Assembly: GCA_965153455.1 (NCBI GenBank)
Contig: OZ234493.1
Coordinates: 9,414,213-9,478,212 of the forward strand
DNA from: Sphagnum compactum
Lineage: Eukaryota
Direction: 5' to 3'
DNA length: 64,000 nt
Below are positions 40,201 through 54,700 of this stretch, piece by piece (position 1 is the first letter of the stretch; every line of letters begins with the position of its first letter). The notes beneath the pieces are model-generated. The model was not told the origin of the DNA. It worked only from the letters and a program-made list of their open reading frames with translations, and did no database searches. Both the position numbers and the translations under genes were made by a program.

Positions 40201-43200
40201 TAATGAATAACAAGCAAATCGATGCCATTTCACCCACCTTTCACTAGCTTTTTAACTCACCCTAACAAGTATGTCAAACCCCATAGCACATCAACACTAG
40301 ATGCATTAATGTGCACTTTGAACAATGATTTGAAATAACATATGAATTTTCTTTAGGGATTTTTTTATTGTAGCCAAAGTAGTGACCATCCATAGGAAGA
40401 TGTTAAATTTTTTTGACAATCATCCCTAACAAGATAAGAGATTTAGCCAAATTTGGCTATAAACAAAGTATGAAGCACAAATCTTTAATCATTTTATATT
40501 TTTTTCTACATACTTAAAACCAAAATAAAAATATGGTGATTTACATAAAAAATCCCCCTACATCTAGCAATTTAAAGCTTCAAACAACACTTCATTAGTA
40601 ATTTATTAATTTTGTTGTTTGGTAATTTTTTGCCAATAAACAAAGTTGTAAGATATGCATGACAACGTGCATTGGACCTTAAGTACTTACAACAATTGAG
40701 CCCATCATCACTTTTATTTTGCAATAGCCCCCTCTTGCTACTCACTCACATGTTTCGAAATCTAATGGAAAAAATCCAAGGACTTAATTTGAACTTAAGG
40801 GATCCATGTGGATCACACCATGACAAATAGTTGGATAGTCAATCAAATGTTATTGACATCTTACCTCAACATAATTCCTACATAAATACGGGAGTTGATG
40901 TTGTATTGTTCATTGTAACTAGTTTGGATTCAAATTTTGATGATACATTCTTCGTAGATACTTTTCAAATATAATGTAATTACTACTCTATTAACATAAT
41001 GTTAGTTAAGCCTTTTATACCATTTGATTGCCTACTCCCTAATTCGGAACATGTTGAGGAATCAAAAACTGATATTGTTTTGCTCAAGTTTTCCATTTGT
41101 TTATGCAGATTTCAAGTTGGAAATAATTTTGTTAATAAATGATCATTATGTCAAGCCCCCGCCAAACAAGATAACAATGTTATTTAAAGTGGGTGGAGGT
41201 TGGGTTCTAATGGATTTCTAAGATTATTTGTTAATAATTCCACATTTTGAATGGTGTGAAAGGGTTACCAAATTAAATGCATGCACATTGAAAATCATAT
41301 AAAATCATATTTATGCAATGTGACATTATTACATTAGTCATGAACAAAGAAAATTCTTGTATATATATGTTCACAAGTTTGCAAATGGGCACAAACGAGA
41401 TAAAACGAGCTTATGGCGTTACTTTAGAAAAAGACTGCATGTCTTTTTGCCCCCAAAAAACTTTTTCATACGAATGAATTTTTGAATAATTTTTTTTGAA
41501 AATTGTTATGAAAAATACTATTTTTTAGCTAGATGGAATTATTATTATTTTTAATAAATATGAAAATTTGGAAATAAATCAATTATTGTAAATTTTGTGT
41601 TTCATTTTTTAAAATGATAACAATTTCAAATCATAACCAAATTTTGAAATTTTTACATCATACACATTATACCCCATTTATATGTGGTAATTTGAAATTA
41701 AAAAAATCTAGAAAGTTCTTTGAATTTTTTAAGTTTTAAAATTTCACATATTTTTGGGTATGAGTTCTTTTTGAATGTGGTTAATATGGTTCTTTTTTTT
41801 AAAAAATCTTCATCAATTTTGTTTTACTATTTGAGTCCTTTTGATAGGTCTTTGCAAAATTGATTCAATTTGACATAATAGGTGTTCATTTTCAAAGGTC
41901 TTAAATCAAAATTTTATCAAATGGATTTTTGGTTTGAACTCCTTAAAATTCATATGAATAAGAAAGGACCAGCTTGCCATGATTGCCATGGTTTTAAATG
42001 GTTTTATAAAACATAAATATTTCTCCAATTTTTACTATTTTTAAGGCCCATCTAACATCCTTTTTGGTTCGTTTTATTGTGACTGCACCCAAATGCCCAA
42101 ATTTCATACATCATATAGAATTTTAGTTGGCACTAATTGGACTTAACTTAGATTAGAAAGCCAAGTGTAAGTGGCTCATATGTGTGAACTATGCATGAAA
42201 ATATCTTTAATATGGGTATTAAAATGGTCATTGGCCAAGACTATCTCTTCTATGATATGTGGAATACATTATTGCCATGAGCAACTACTTTAGTGGCACT
42301 AAGTTGTTTCATAGTATGTTTTCAAATGTGTCACGTAGTCCAATTAATACAATAAAGCCAATTGGTATTTAAATTCATCATTATTCAATTACCCAAAAAG
42401 GGGAGAACTCAATGAGATGTTAAGTCATGATCCAAAAATAGTGACAATATATGACGTGTAGTGCTTTGGTGGGATTCCAAGGTGTTTCAATTTTACATAC
42501 TTTGGCCAATCCAATGTCTTCGTGACTTAACTTGACTTTTGTTAAAATTTGCAAAATAATTAATTATTTATGGTTGGATGTGGATTCAAAACAATTACAA
42601 AGATGTATGCTATTGGTGTTCAAGATCACTTACACTAAATATAGGAATGTAAATCAAAATTTCAAAAATCATGGCAAGATTTTTTTTTCTATTTGACACC
42701 ACCATGGTCAATTCTTTTATCTTCAAGGTATATGTTGAGATGTATGGATTTAAGCCAATAAATCAATGCAAGTTAAATCATGGAATAATGCAAAGCATTA
42801 TTGAGAGGGTGGCAATGGTATCTAATTGTTGAGATGAAGGTAATTGAATATGTTTATGAAAATCAATATTTTAGGAAAAAATGCAAGTATTATAGTGTAA
42901 TTTGTGACTAGATGTTGTGATCGTGAGTCATGTGGGATCCATGTGCTTAGAACATTATTTTGTAAGTTGTTTCAAAAATAGGTAAAAACCTTAAAATAGG
43001 TCTTTGAAGAAGTGGAAGGTTGGTAGTTAAACATTAGGATCAATAATCGCATTTGTGGGTTGTGACAATGTTTCAATCTAGGTTTATGAGAATGAGCAAG
43101 TATGTCATTGCCTTTGTTAATGGAATATTGTGGTTTTAGAATGCCATGGATGGATTAAAATAGTCACAAGACCAACCTTTTAGTGATGCAAAGAATCTCT

Positions 43201-44719
43201 CTTTGTTTTAAATTGCAAATTATTAATGTTAATATATTGAACCACATCATGTTTAGAAAGATATTTGGATCTTGTTATAAATTTCCATGTTGACTTTACA
43301 AAATTGTAAATGTGTTTTGTTCTAGTGGCAAAATAATGAAAATAAATTTGTAGTCATTCTTATATTAGTAAAACACATTTTCCTTAGTACACCAAGTTGT
43401 CAAGTTGGAACATTAGAAGAAAAAATTGTCCATTGCAAGTGTGTTCATTTTTCTTCACAATTACCAACACCAAAGAAATTATTTGGACACAAAATATTTT
43501 GGCAACAAATTGAACATATTACCTTTTGTATTTGAATGTTCAAGGTTAACTGATTTTCCACATATGTTACGTGAAGTTAAAATGATAGTGATTAAAGAAT
43601 TTCATCTAATATTCTAGAATGAAATTGAACGTGAAGAACATCTAGATATTCTCAAGAACATCCTATGATACAAGTTAATTGAAATAATTATTTGCAACCC
43701 TTTTGATCTTAATACGTGTTTGATTTCTTCAAGAATGTGCAGTTCAATGTAATGTGATGTGCATTAAAATGGTGAAAATATTCATTCTTGAAATTTGCTA
43801 CAATTGTGTCATATGCATGGAGTGTGGTGTGTTGAGGTTTTTTTAAAATATTATTCTTTCGAACAATGACTTTAAAAGATAAATGTGGTTATGTATTGAT
43901 TTTTTAGAAGTCTAAAAATATATCTAGGTTGGTTATTTGGTTCCCAATTATGAATTATAATGCTCCAAACACAACATATGTTTGTTGGGTGATACATCTT
44001 GTGAGTTTGTAATTTGAGAATACAACTTGGGGTTGTAAATTAAACATGTGACATAGGGGCATGACTCATCAACAAGGCATAATTTGGATATGTAAAAGTA
44101 AGTTAAAGGTGATAAATGTGATATTTGGGCAATTTTTTTAATTGGTCATTAGTAGTTAGGTGGCGATTTAAAAAATTAGGTGAGTCATTGTGAATGAATT
44201 GTAGTTTTAAAAGTTAGTCAATATTGGTTTAAATGATGATTCATTATTAGAAGGCGAATCATCATAGATGAGTCATAAGATGATCATTAATGACAATTTA
44301 TGAAAGAATGGCTCACATTTTATGAGTGACATGCTAAGTCATTGAGTAGGGTAGCTAGCTAGAACTTTAAGAAATCGCATCTAATACTTTTCATGTATGA
44401 GTATAAAGACAAAATATGGAAGATTAGCATGCTAAAAACATGAACGTTAAAGTCCATATATTTGACTCCAACAATGTCATTCATAATTCAAATGCCATAA
44501 TGAACTTAAACGACTACTTGAAAATGTTTTCATTTTATTGATTTTATTTTAGCCAAAGAATTCCATCCTTTTTTTGTAAAAAACAATTAGGTTGTACACT
44601 TGGCATTGCCTCCAAGGAAAATACATTTGTCCTTTTGATTTGGATGGCTTCAATGTTTTTATTAAAGGACCAGTGAAATCTCATTCTAATGAAATCCATG
44701 ACATTGTCCCAAAAATCTC

Positions 44720-45900
44720 AATTGTGTTTAGTGAACTACCATACATTATGGGTATTTTTAAGCAGCACAATGTTTTTTACAGATGGTTTACCAATGCTCA
44801 TGATTCTATCTTCTCTATTATTGTTCAATTCATTTGTGCGGCTTCCATGGCCTTGAATTTAGTCATGAAGGAATGGTGAACTCACATTTAAGCTTTCATA
44901 AGACTTTTATGAAGGTTGATTCTTCAACTTGTTGATTCTATGCTTGATTTTCCATTAAAACATGCCTAACAACATTCATGATATTTTTATGGTAGACAAT
45001 GCCCATTGCTATGAGGCAATCCTTTTGATTTGAAAGGACAACCTATTTGATGTTATTTCATGGGTAATTAATAACACCTTCAATCACTAATGCCTTTTTT
45101 AGCATAATCCTAAACTCATTTTATGGCTCCTATTTTATCCATGGAAACAAAAGTGTTACCTAGTTTATGGTTTAGTTTAAACCAAAACATGGTTATTGGA
45201 CTAGGTTTAACAACATAAGATTAAGTACAATCAACATCTAATTGATAGACCACTAATGTTTTATCGCCTTAGGAGGCAAAGTATAAAGACAAGTAGTTGG
45301 AATCCCAACGGAATTTTCTTGTTCACCAATTTGGTGTAATTTAATTTTTTTGTTTTATGAATGCATATTCGTCCAAAGGTTGGCCAAATTGGGGAGAGTC
45401 TTTGATATGGAAAGATTCATATATGTTTTCAAATATATCGATGCCATTTGTTGGATCAATATAGACAATGTTCACCAATTTTTGAACCATGTTGCTTCTA
45501 GAGATGAAGACAACCCATTTTTTGATTTATCCTCTTTAGGTTGTGGAAATGAAATCAAAGATTGATGTTTTTTTAAAGGATCATATGTTGGGCATTAAGG
45601 CCTGTTTTATGAATTTTGATATCAAATTAGAGGACGAGCTCAAACATTCCATCTTAAGAAATACAATAAGAGGATGTCTTTTCCATTGTCTTTTACAAAA
45701 TTTATCAAATTCCATTTTAACCATCTATTTTTTCATTCCTACAATGTCATCAATTCTTAGCCATTTGTTATTATATAACTCTTTAATTGCATTTCATGAT
45801 AGTAATCTATTGGTCAAAACCATGATCAACAATGGTTTCTTGGAAAGAAGACTTTCGAAAACAATGTATAAGTTCATAGCTTTTGAAGTTTTCTCATAGT
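44720..45900 (+). mobile_element. Penelope-like retroelement reverse transcriptase fossil
   Basis: Motifs in order across frameshifts: ELPYIMGIFKQH...YR (44733), GGKV*RQVVGIPTEFSCSPIWCNL.FLFYE (45272), FKYIDAI (about 45428), FMNFDI and KYNKR..F (about 45605-45685). This fits PLE RT (PK.HK...R; Q..GIPMG..SP..ANL....E; RYIDD; FLD..I; YDKR). Confidence 0.7.
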
Positions 45901-46642
45901 TCTTCTTTAGCAAACAAAATTTTAAAGATCTTGTTAATGGAGTAGGCATTTTACATAGTTTTTGCAATTACAAGACATTATGGATAAAAATAGGCCATTG
46001 CACACTTGAAGGGTTTGAATTTTGAATTCTTGTTGAATTTGGTTTTCTTGTTCATGTTGATGGTGAATTGGGAACTACCCAAGGGAGGGAGTTTTTTGGA
46101 GTTTGAAGACATTCGTAGAAGCACAATTCTGGAATAAAAATAGAGATGTAAAACTTTGTAGAAAAACTATAGATTTTGGTGTTGAATACCACATATTTGA
46201 CTTGTTGTTTTGATTGCACTTCTATAGAACATGGATTTTGTTGTATTTTTGTGAAGTCTTCAGTAAACAGGAAGAATTTAGACTTTGTTAGAATTTGGTC
46301 TGCATCTTAGGGATGGGAGTGCATGCTAGTACTCATAAACATCATAAAACTTGAAGATGTGTAAAGCCTAGGGGTTGGATGGAGGTTTTTTTCACTCTTG
46401 TAAAATGTTTTGATTTTTCACAAGTTATCAACTTGGATGAGCTTGTAGATAAATGCTTCGATGATTACCTAGCATCTTCTTATTAACATCCATATTTTGC
46501 AAGTTTAGTATAGTTTTTGTAGTTTTTCAAAATTCTCAATATAATCAAATTTTCAACTTTTCAATTCAAACAAATTTTCAATGTGTGTGTAGTTGTAACT
46601 ATTTTTTTGTGCATGTTTGTGCAACCATATGTGTGCATATTT

Positions 46643-46643
46643 A

Positions 46644-46670
<27 letters not shown>
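46643..46670. repeat. (TG)n microsatellite
   Basis: Direct read. Confidence 0.95.
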
Positions 46671-46675
<5 letters not shown>

Positions 46676-49600
46676 ATGTGTCAATTTGTGTATATGTTTG
46701 TGTGAATGAAAGTGAAACTGATCATGTGCGTGGGTGCAAAAAACATAAGTTTAAATGATTATGCGACACATTAACTTTGTGTGTGTATATAAGTGAAAAT
46801 CATTGTATGTGTTTTATGTGACTATGTGGATATGCAAGTTTGTATAAGTATTTTGTTCATCTTGTGCTTATCTATGCGAAAGAGAAGATGATCATTTTTT
46901 ATAAAATTTAAGTCATAATAATGGAAACATTACTATTTTTTTGTTTTTTCCAATTTGGAAAAAAAAATTTAAGTAAAAATTGGTTTTTCTTCAATCAGGA
47001 TAGGTATTATCAGGTGGTCATATATTTATTTTTCTCTTTCTTTTTTTCTATGTTCAAACGACCCAATATTTTGTCCACCCACCTACAGAAAAATAAGTAT
47101 TAGGTGACTACTTGATATCATTTTTTCATTCATTCTATTTGTTTGGACGAACTAATACTTTCAAATCTACCCACCGAAGAAAACAAAGTCATGGGTGGCC
47201 ACTCAATAAATTTTTAATTGTTTTTGAACTTATTGTTAGGGAAACAAAAATATCATGTAGTTACTTAATATTATTTTTTCATTTTTGTTTTGTGTTTTTA
47301 TCCTTTGGATTACCTTTTCTTCTTTGTCCACACATGTCATACAAGTCAATAACAAATGTTCAAAAATTCAAAAACAAAAGTAATCAATTGAAAAAGAAGA
47401 TAACTTTGAAAAGGAACAAATGATTAACAAATGAATTTTGGTGACAAAATAAATGAAGACATTAAACAATAAGTAGTTTTAAAAAGGTGAAAAACCTATG
47501 AAAAAAAGGAGATTAAATATAGATGAAAACATGAAAAAGACATAAATACAAAAGGCAAGAAAATTACAAAAAAACAAAAAAGTGAAAATGGACATGAATT
47601 TATATATATATATGAAAATATAAAGAATAATAAATAAAAAGACAAGAAATATACAAAGAAACAAAAGCTATTAAATAGATGGGTATATGTCAAATTTATG
47701 CTAAAAATAAGCATTTAAATGATGATGATCACAATAATGATGATAATGACACTAATAATGATAAAATTGATAAAGTGCATGATCATAATAACAATGATAA
47801 AATAACATATTTTTGTTGTGCATTAATGAGAATGTCAATAAAAATGCTTTCAAAATTTTAATAAATATATGCAAGGCATATCATTCTCATTTTATCATTG
47901 TTGTGTGAATGGTCAACTCTTTTTTGGTATTAATATTTAAGTATGTAAAACTGAAAAACAAATGAATTTCAATATATGAAATCTTTTTGTAGCTTGAGCA
48001 ATTGTTTTTCAACCTTTTCAGCATGTGAATAATATTGAAAATGATGTTCCAAATCAGTTATATGCAAAACAAATATCAATTTACCTAGAGCTAGAAGGTT
48101 CACCTTTATACAAAGTGGGGATTTAAATTCTAAAAAACTATTAATGTTTGTACAAAAGAGGCAATTTATTGAATTTTTCATTAGTTAATGGTATGTGAAT
48201 TGGGAAAGTGTTTATTTTTCTACCTAAATTGATAATGATTAAATAAGCCTTAATTTGGATGATATCATTGTCATGTTATTTCGATAAAACTTCAATATGC
48301 AAACAAAACCAACATGCATGAAAAAGAAATCTTGTTAGTTAAAACAAGATCCAATATTCGAATGTGAATTGACATAAAAATTACTTATACCATGGAAGTG
48401 GTGTCAGATGTAATTATAATACATTTTGTTGTGAGCAAACACCCTTGTTAAGATGTTGTGAACTATTGAATGTTCATAAATTTGTGATTGTTAAGGGACA
48501 TTAATTACTATCATTAGATGGTAGTACTATCAAATGGCAAAATAATTGTAGGCAAATTTTAGAATCAAAATGTTCCATGACAGTATTGTCAATGTAGTGA
48601 ATTACATTCACATAGTAGAATCAAATAACCATCAAATAATTATGAGGAGGCATTTTAATAAGAGAATTCATGTGTGTGAAGCAAAAGAAGGAAGTACTTG
48701 TGTGAAGAAAAAATACAAACAATGGATTATGGTGGAAGGTCTACTTATGATATTTTTTTAACATGTTTTTCCTTGATTTTTTACATTCAATGAAAGTAGT
48801 TTCTTTTTAGTTGATATAGAATACTAGTTATTTAGTTTTGTTTTTATTTTCTTATAGAATTAAAAAAAAAATTATACTATCTACTCGATTAGGAAGGTAG
48901 ATCTATTGTAGGACGGTAGTTGCCCCTAGAGGGTAACAATTGAAGATAATTATTGATTTTTTAGGTTGTAGAAGGTAGACAGTAGCTACATGAGGTTTGC
49001 ATGTGGTTGTGGGTCTTTTTCAAGTTTATAGAAAAAGGTAGCTACAACATGACAATAAGCAAATAGAAGGCAATTCCTACCCTTAGGTTTTTCACTTAAA
49101 AAAAAAAAACTTTCCTACATGACAACCCTTTCCTTGACGGTAATTAGGTTGTCGGTCTTGTAGCCTTATCACTACAACATTTCAATCTTATTTCAATTTT
49201 TTTTGTGACTAAAATTTCAATCACAATGGACACTAAATATTCTTTGGCTAAGTCAAAAAGATTAATCATTTAAAACACCAATTAACTACCACTTCAATCA
49301 TCATCGTGTAATTGACTATGCCTGAAATCTATCATGTTTATCTTGACTAAAACGTGTCGTGTATGTTTTGTTAGATTTTGCTAGTTTATGTGGCAATTTT
49401 TTTATACTAAAATATTATATTATTATATTAATACTTTTTTAATTTCTGGAAATTCAAAAATCTGAAAACTTTTTATAATTACAAAAACTAGAAAGTAGCA
49501 AACAAAAGGAATTGTTTTCGGGTAAATATGCCTTGCATTAATTCATCATCAATGATGTGTCAATGTGACACCATACCTATAAGATGTCAAAGGTGGTGTT

Positions 49601-51277
49601 TGAACTAATGTTGCCTAGGTATCAAAAAAATTCCCGAATATCATCAAGGTATCACTCAAGTATTTTTATTTGAACCCCTTCAGGTCCTGATTGAAAGCTT
49701 GATCATCGGTTTTCACATAATGGAGAAAACCAAATCAAGGATATATATATAGGCCTAGGTGAGGTAAAACCCTTTTAATGAGGTTAAGTTATTAGGGTAC
49801 AATGTACAAGATTTAATGCACAAGGTTTGAACTAATTATAATAGTTGTATTACTAGGAGCAATAAAAATTAAGGTAGTAACAATGGAGGTACTCAAGAAA
49901 AGGGAAAGACATGATGACATTCAGTTTACCACAAAAGTCAATGGTTTTTCGAGTTTCATCCCCCTTCATGCTAATGTTTTTTTTTTGCAAGTTTTTTTTA
50001 AATCTCACCTTGCGTATGACCAAACTCAAGGTTTGATTGTTGTGTTTTCCTTATTTTATGGATAATTATATTGATCATTTTAAAAAAAAATTAAAATGTT
50101 AATAATCGATTGTTCTCAAATTTATGAGAATTGACATTGTGAAAACCAATTCAATTTTTTTAACATTGATACCTTTCCCCAATGTATAGTTTTTGTAAAA
50201 AAATTAAAAATGAAAATTGGAACCTTTTGTAAGTTATTTTTTATGAAAATCGGATTCGATAAATATCAAATAATTATGATACTTGGCCAACACTAATTTG
50301 AACCTTCACCTGCACGGCCACAAGGCAAGTTTTAACCATTGGACCATCACATCATGTGATGACAAAAAATATAACCACATAAATAGAAAGACATGCATGC
50401 TTTCAATTCTGGACATTAACATACTATTTAATTCCATAATGAAATTAATTCCATGGGTAGGTTTAAGTTAGGTAGTAAATGGTAGTTAATTATTAGGTAG
50501 GTCATGTTTAGTAGGTACGTCTAATTATCTACATACCTATTTATCTACCAAGCTGGTAGGAAGTAGTTAGGTAAATAGGTAGTTCATGTTAGGTAAATAA
50601 TAGGTAGGTGAATAGTAGGTGGTGGTGGTTAAATATAGGTACATAGTACTTACCACCTTACTATCTATGATTTTTAAATAATACCTATTTATTATAAGTA
50701 AGTCCTTAAGTAAGTCCTACTTATTTATTTATTCCTATTTATTATGGATGTATATATACACCTATTTATGACCAACCTATTTAATTACACCTTTATTTAT
50801 GACTTGCTTATGTACCTATCCATCACCAACCTACCTACCTACATGAGAATTCCATTCATTACTTAATTAATTTTTTAACCCTAGTGTATTAAAATAATTT
50901 TGATATTCATTAAAATATTCAAACATAATTTTTTGAATTTCAATTTGGGTTATAAATCAGAAATAATAATTTAAATTGCATATTTTTAATCAAAAAATAC
51001 AACATTTAATAATTTAATTTGTATAATATCTTAATTGATCATTTGATGAATTAATACTTGAATTTGATAATGAAAAAAATATATATACCTCCTTTTTTTT
51101 TGTAATCAAATTCACATTTGGTTTAATAATGGATTTATTTCAATTTTAAGGGCATAATGAAATTATTTTCATGTCACAGGTGAAATGCATAGTTATTATA
51201 AGTTGATCATACAATTTCATAGTTTTTAAAATTCATAATTATTACATTTTAAATAAAAAATTAGGGCATTATATACA

Positions 51278-51786
51278 CTAGTGTGGCACGTGTTGCTGAA
51301 TACATATTGTAAAATGTAGATTTACTGAATTTTTTTCATTAATCAATGCACAAAAGTTGTGAGATTTATAAAAATATGGTCTAAGGACCTTGTGTGGCTA
51401 AGAATTCAACAAGTTAAATAGTAGACCTACTTTACACTATAATTGGAATCCACTTTTCCAAGTGGGATCACGTTTTGAAGCTGATTTTTCCTTCCAAACA
51501 TGAAATAAAATCTATTAAATTTGACTTGGCAAGGGCTTTCCAATAATACCAATAACACCCCAAATTCTAATACAAATTTCATTTTCAATTTAATTTAATT
51601 TTTAGTGAAAAAATGGTTCAATAATCAATATATTCCACATTGAAGCTCCAACATTCTCAAACCAAGCCGATGCACACCTACATGTCTAGAGCTTTCCAAT
51701 GATACCAAGAGCGCAACGTGAAGCGCCATGGTTTGGCACATATCATAAGTACAAAACAAAATAAACTACCCTCCTTAATATATGGA
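51278..51786 (-). mobile_element. Non-autonomous Helitron related to 13647-14082
   Basis: The minus strand starts A|TCCATATATTAAGGAGGGTAGTTTATTTTGTTTTGTA and ends GTGCCACACTAG|T. It shares the internal TTGGAAAGCTCT and GGAAGGAAAAAATCAG motifs. Confidence 0.7.
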
Positions 51787-54700
51787 TAATGCCACATAAG
51801 AGAAAAAATGTAACACATTTTAGTCACAACACCACAAAAGATTTGACACAAGTAACATGTTTTAATCATAACAGTCATACATGATGACACATCACTGTAC
51901 TTGCCATGTTCTTGTGACTAAATCAAATCATGATGCTAGCACTATGATCTCCACATGGATTTGACATGGTCCACATGTTAGACATAGTAATGTCTATTTT
52001 TACTAAAATTGTTTTTGAACTTAGTCAAATCGAACATTACTACTTTCGAGTTACTCAAAGTGGACAAAGTTCATCATGTTAGTTATGTTCTAATTATGAT
52101 GGGGGGTGAAATAAACAATTTTTTGTCAAAGTATATATAATCCTCAATTAGCCTCAAACATTCACTTATATACTAAACAATAAAAAATTAAACAAAAAAA
52201 GTTCCTAAAACTTTACACCTTGAATGACTTACCATGGGATTTATTATTAGGAACTAAAAAAGAAAGTTTCAAAAATCTTACAGTCTAGGCAATTCACCAT
52301 GTGACTCATATAATTTGAACCATGCACATTAATTTGTGAAACATCCTTCACCCATCAACACTTTCCACTTAAAGACCACACAATATACCCATTTAAGGTT
52401 GTTGTATCTAGCCCATTATAACACACATACAATTGCAACTCTTGAAGAAACATGATAAATGAAATCACACCACAAAAACAAAATGTTATTTATAATAAAG
52501 AAGACCAATACACTATTGCTCATAATTTTACATTGTTCGAACTCCAAACCTAAATATGGCCCAAATTACATATTCATGTTTCTAAGAAGAGGGAAAAATA
52601 AAATTATGAATAATGCAATGAAAATCCCACACATTTGCTAATTGAAAATATTGTTAAGCAAGAGGTATCCAAAATCACTTCCATGTCTTTAGATCCCCCC
52701 AACATTTGATATTTGTCAACTTAATATATGCCATCCACATACATTATATTGGGTATTTGAAAAAATAATGTTCAAACGAATTTTTTTCAAAGGGTCCAAA
52801 TGAAAATGGACCCAGTACTAAAAATAAACAAATAAAAAATAAAATTATCAAGTCATAAGATCAAGACTCAAAGTCACGTGTAACTAAATGTTAGTTCAAA
52901 TCACAATGAACAATTGTGGATATAACAAATTACAATAGGTAGCAAATTGGTCATACAATGTGCATAAGAAATTATTAAAACCAATGAATTTAAAATCAAT
53001 GAAAAGACAAATCTCACTAACGTGTCACATTCTAATTCATCTTTGAGATGAGTGCTACCTTCTAATAACCTACCTTTTTTTAAACATAGATGAAGTAATT
53101 TACTTTTCATCCATGACATGTTTTTTTTTTGGTTTGTGAAAAGGGCTAGTTATGACAAATAACAATTAGTTTGATTTTCCTTGTTGATTATGTCTCATCA
53201 TTGGTTCAAGGTCACCACCTATCGAATTATTTGAAGCACTCATGTAGTCAACATCCTCTCACCACAATTACCTAGTCTTTTTGGATGCTTAAGATTACAT
53301 TTGGTAGCTAATCACCTTAGGTTAGTTATTTAGTCTGGAAGGACTAAGAGACCACAATATCTCTACCTACCTACACAAAAATAGATATGAAACTTAGTAA
53401 TGTTTAGTCAACATATCAAAATAAAATTATGGATTCAAATTTTATAAATCCATTTTTTGTTTTGTCTTTAATATTAAGCATATACAAGTTAGTTGCATAA
53501 GTTCAATGCACATTGTCTACTAATTCAATTATCAACATGTGTATATTTTTAAATGAATCTTATTATTGTGTTTAGGATATCATTACCATGTAACCTATTT
53601 GTTGAATTTAAGTAAATATTGGTACATTTATAATCTAAATGGTTATTTTCAAATCATGTCAACCATATTAAAATCATTATAAGACCAAAGGACCAACAAC
53701 CTAATTACCATCAGGGATATTGTAGCAACTACCATCCTTGTAAATTTGAAAAAGATTCACAACCACATGCCTACCCTCTACAACATAAGAATTCAATAAC
53801 TACCTTCATTCTAAAAGAATTCTACAAGTATTTTTCCATCTAATGGTACTACCATTTAGTGATGGTAATTAGCATCCCTTAACAAGGACATGTTTATAAG
53901 TTATTATAATGAAGTTTGATGTCTAATGCTAAAAATTCATAAAATATATTTGAAGTTGAAAATTGAGAGAATAATGAAATAATGTTGCATGTTTGTACAT
54001 AGTTTTACAATGACATAAAATTCATTTTAAGAGTGATGACTATGGCATATTAAACATGCATATAAATTCAATATGAAACAAATTGTTTGTGAAACAAAAA
54101 ACATAGATCCCCACAACTATGTATCAAAATTACATAATTTTGATCATTCAACTGGCCATTTTTTTCCCACATATACATCAAGTACTTTATATACATGTAT
54201 GTAGTGATCAAAGTTATGTGTAGTTTAACACCATATTGTTGGGGTGTTTTTGAAATAATTAGCCTTTGACTTTTACCTTAATGAATGGTTAGTTTAGGAA
54301 TTGCAACAGGGTTATTCCCACTAGCCACAAGCCATGGCATGGAATGTTTTCAAAACCCCAAGGTCATTTGAGTTTGATAATAAAAATATTCCATACCAAA
54401 GGTGAAATATTATTTTTAATTAGGGGTTGCAGACATGTTGTAAAATAATTAAGTTTTTGGAACCCTAGGTTATGGGTGAAAGCACATTATAGTGGCAAAA
54501 AAATGTTGTCACAAATATATATATTTTAAACTATGCAACTTTCAATTTCCACCATCCAATATTAAAAGAGGTTTTCATAAATTATGCTCAAAATAAGCTA
54601 GTTCAATTGCCAACTAATGAAATTGTAAAAGGAAACTACATTTTTATTAATATTAAATGATTATGTATTATATTTGTGAAAATATTTTCACAATATACTG

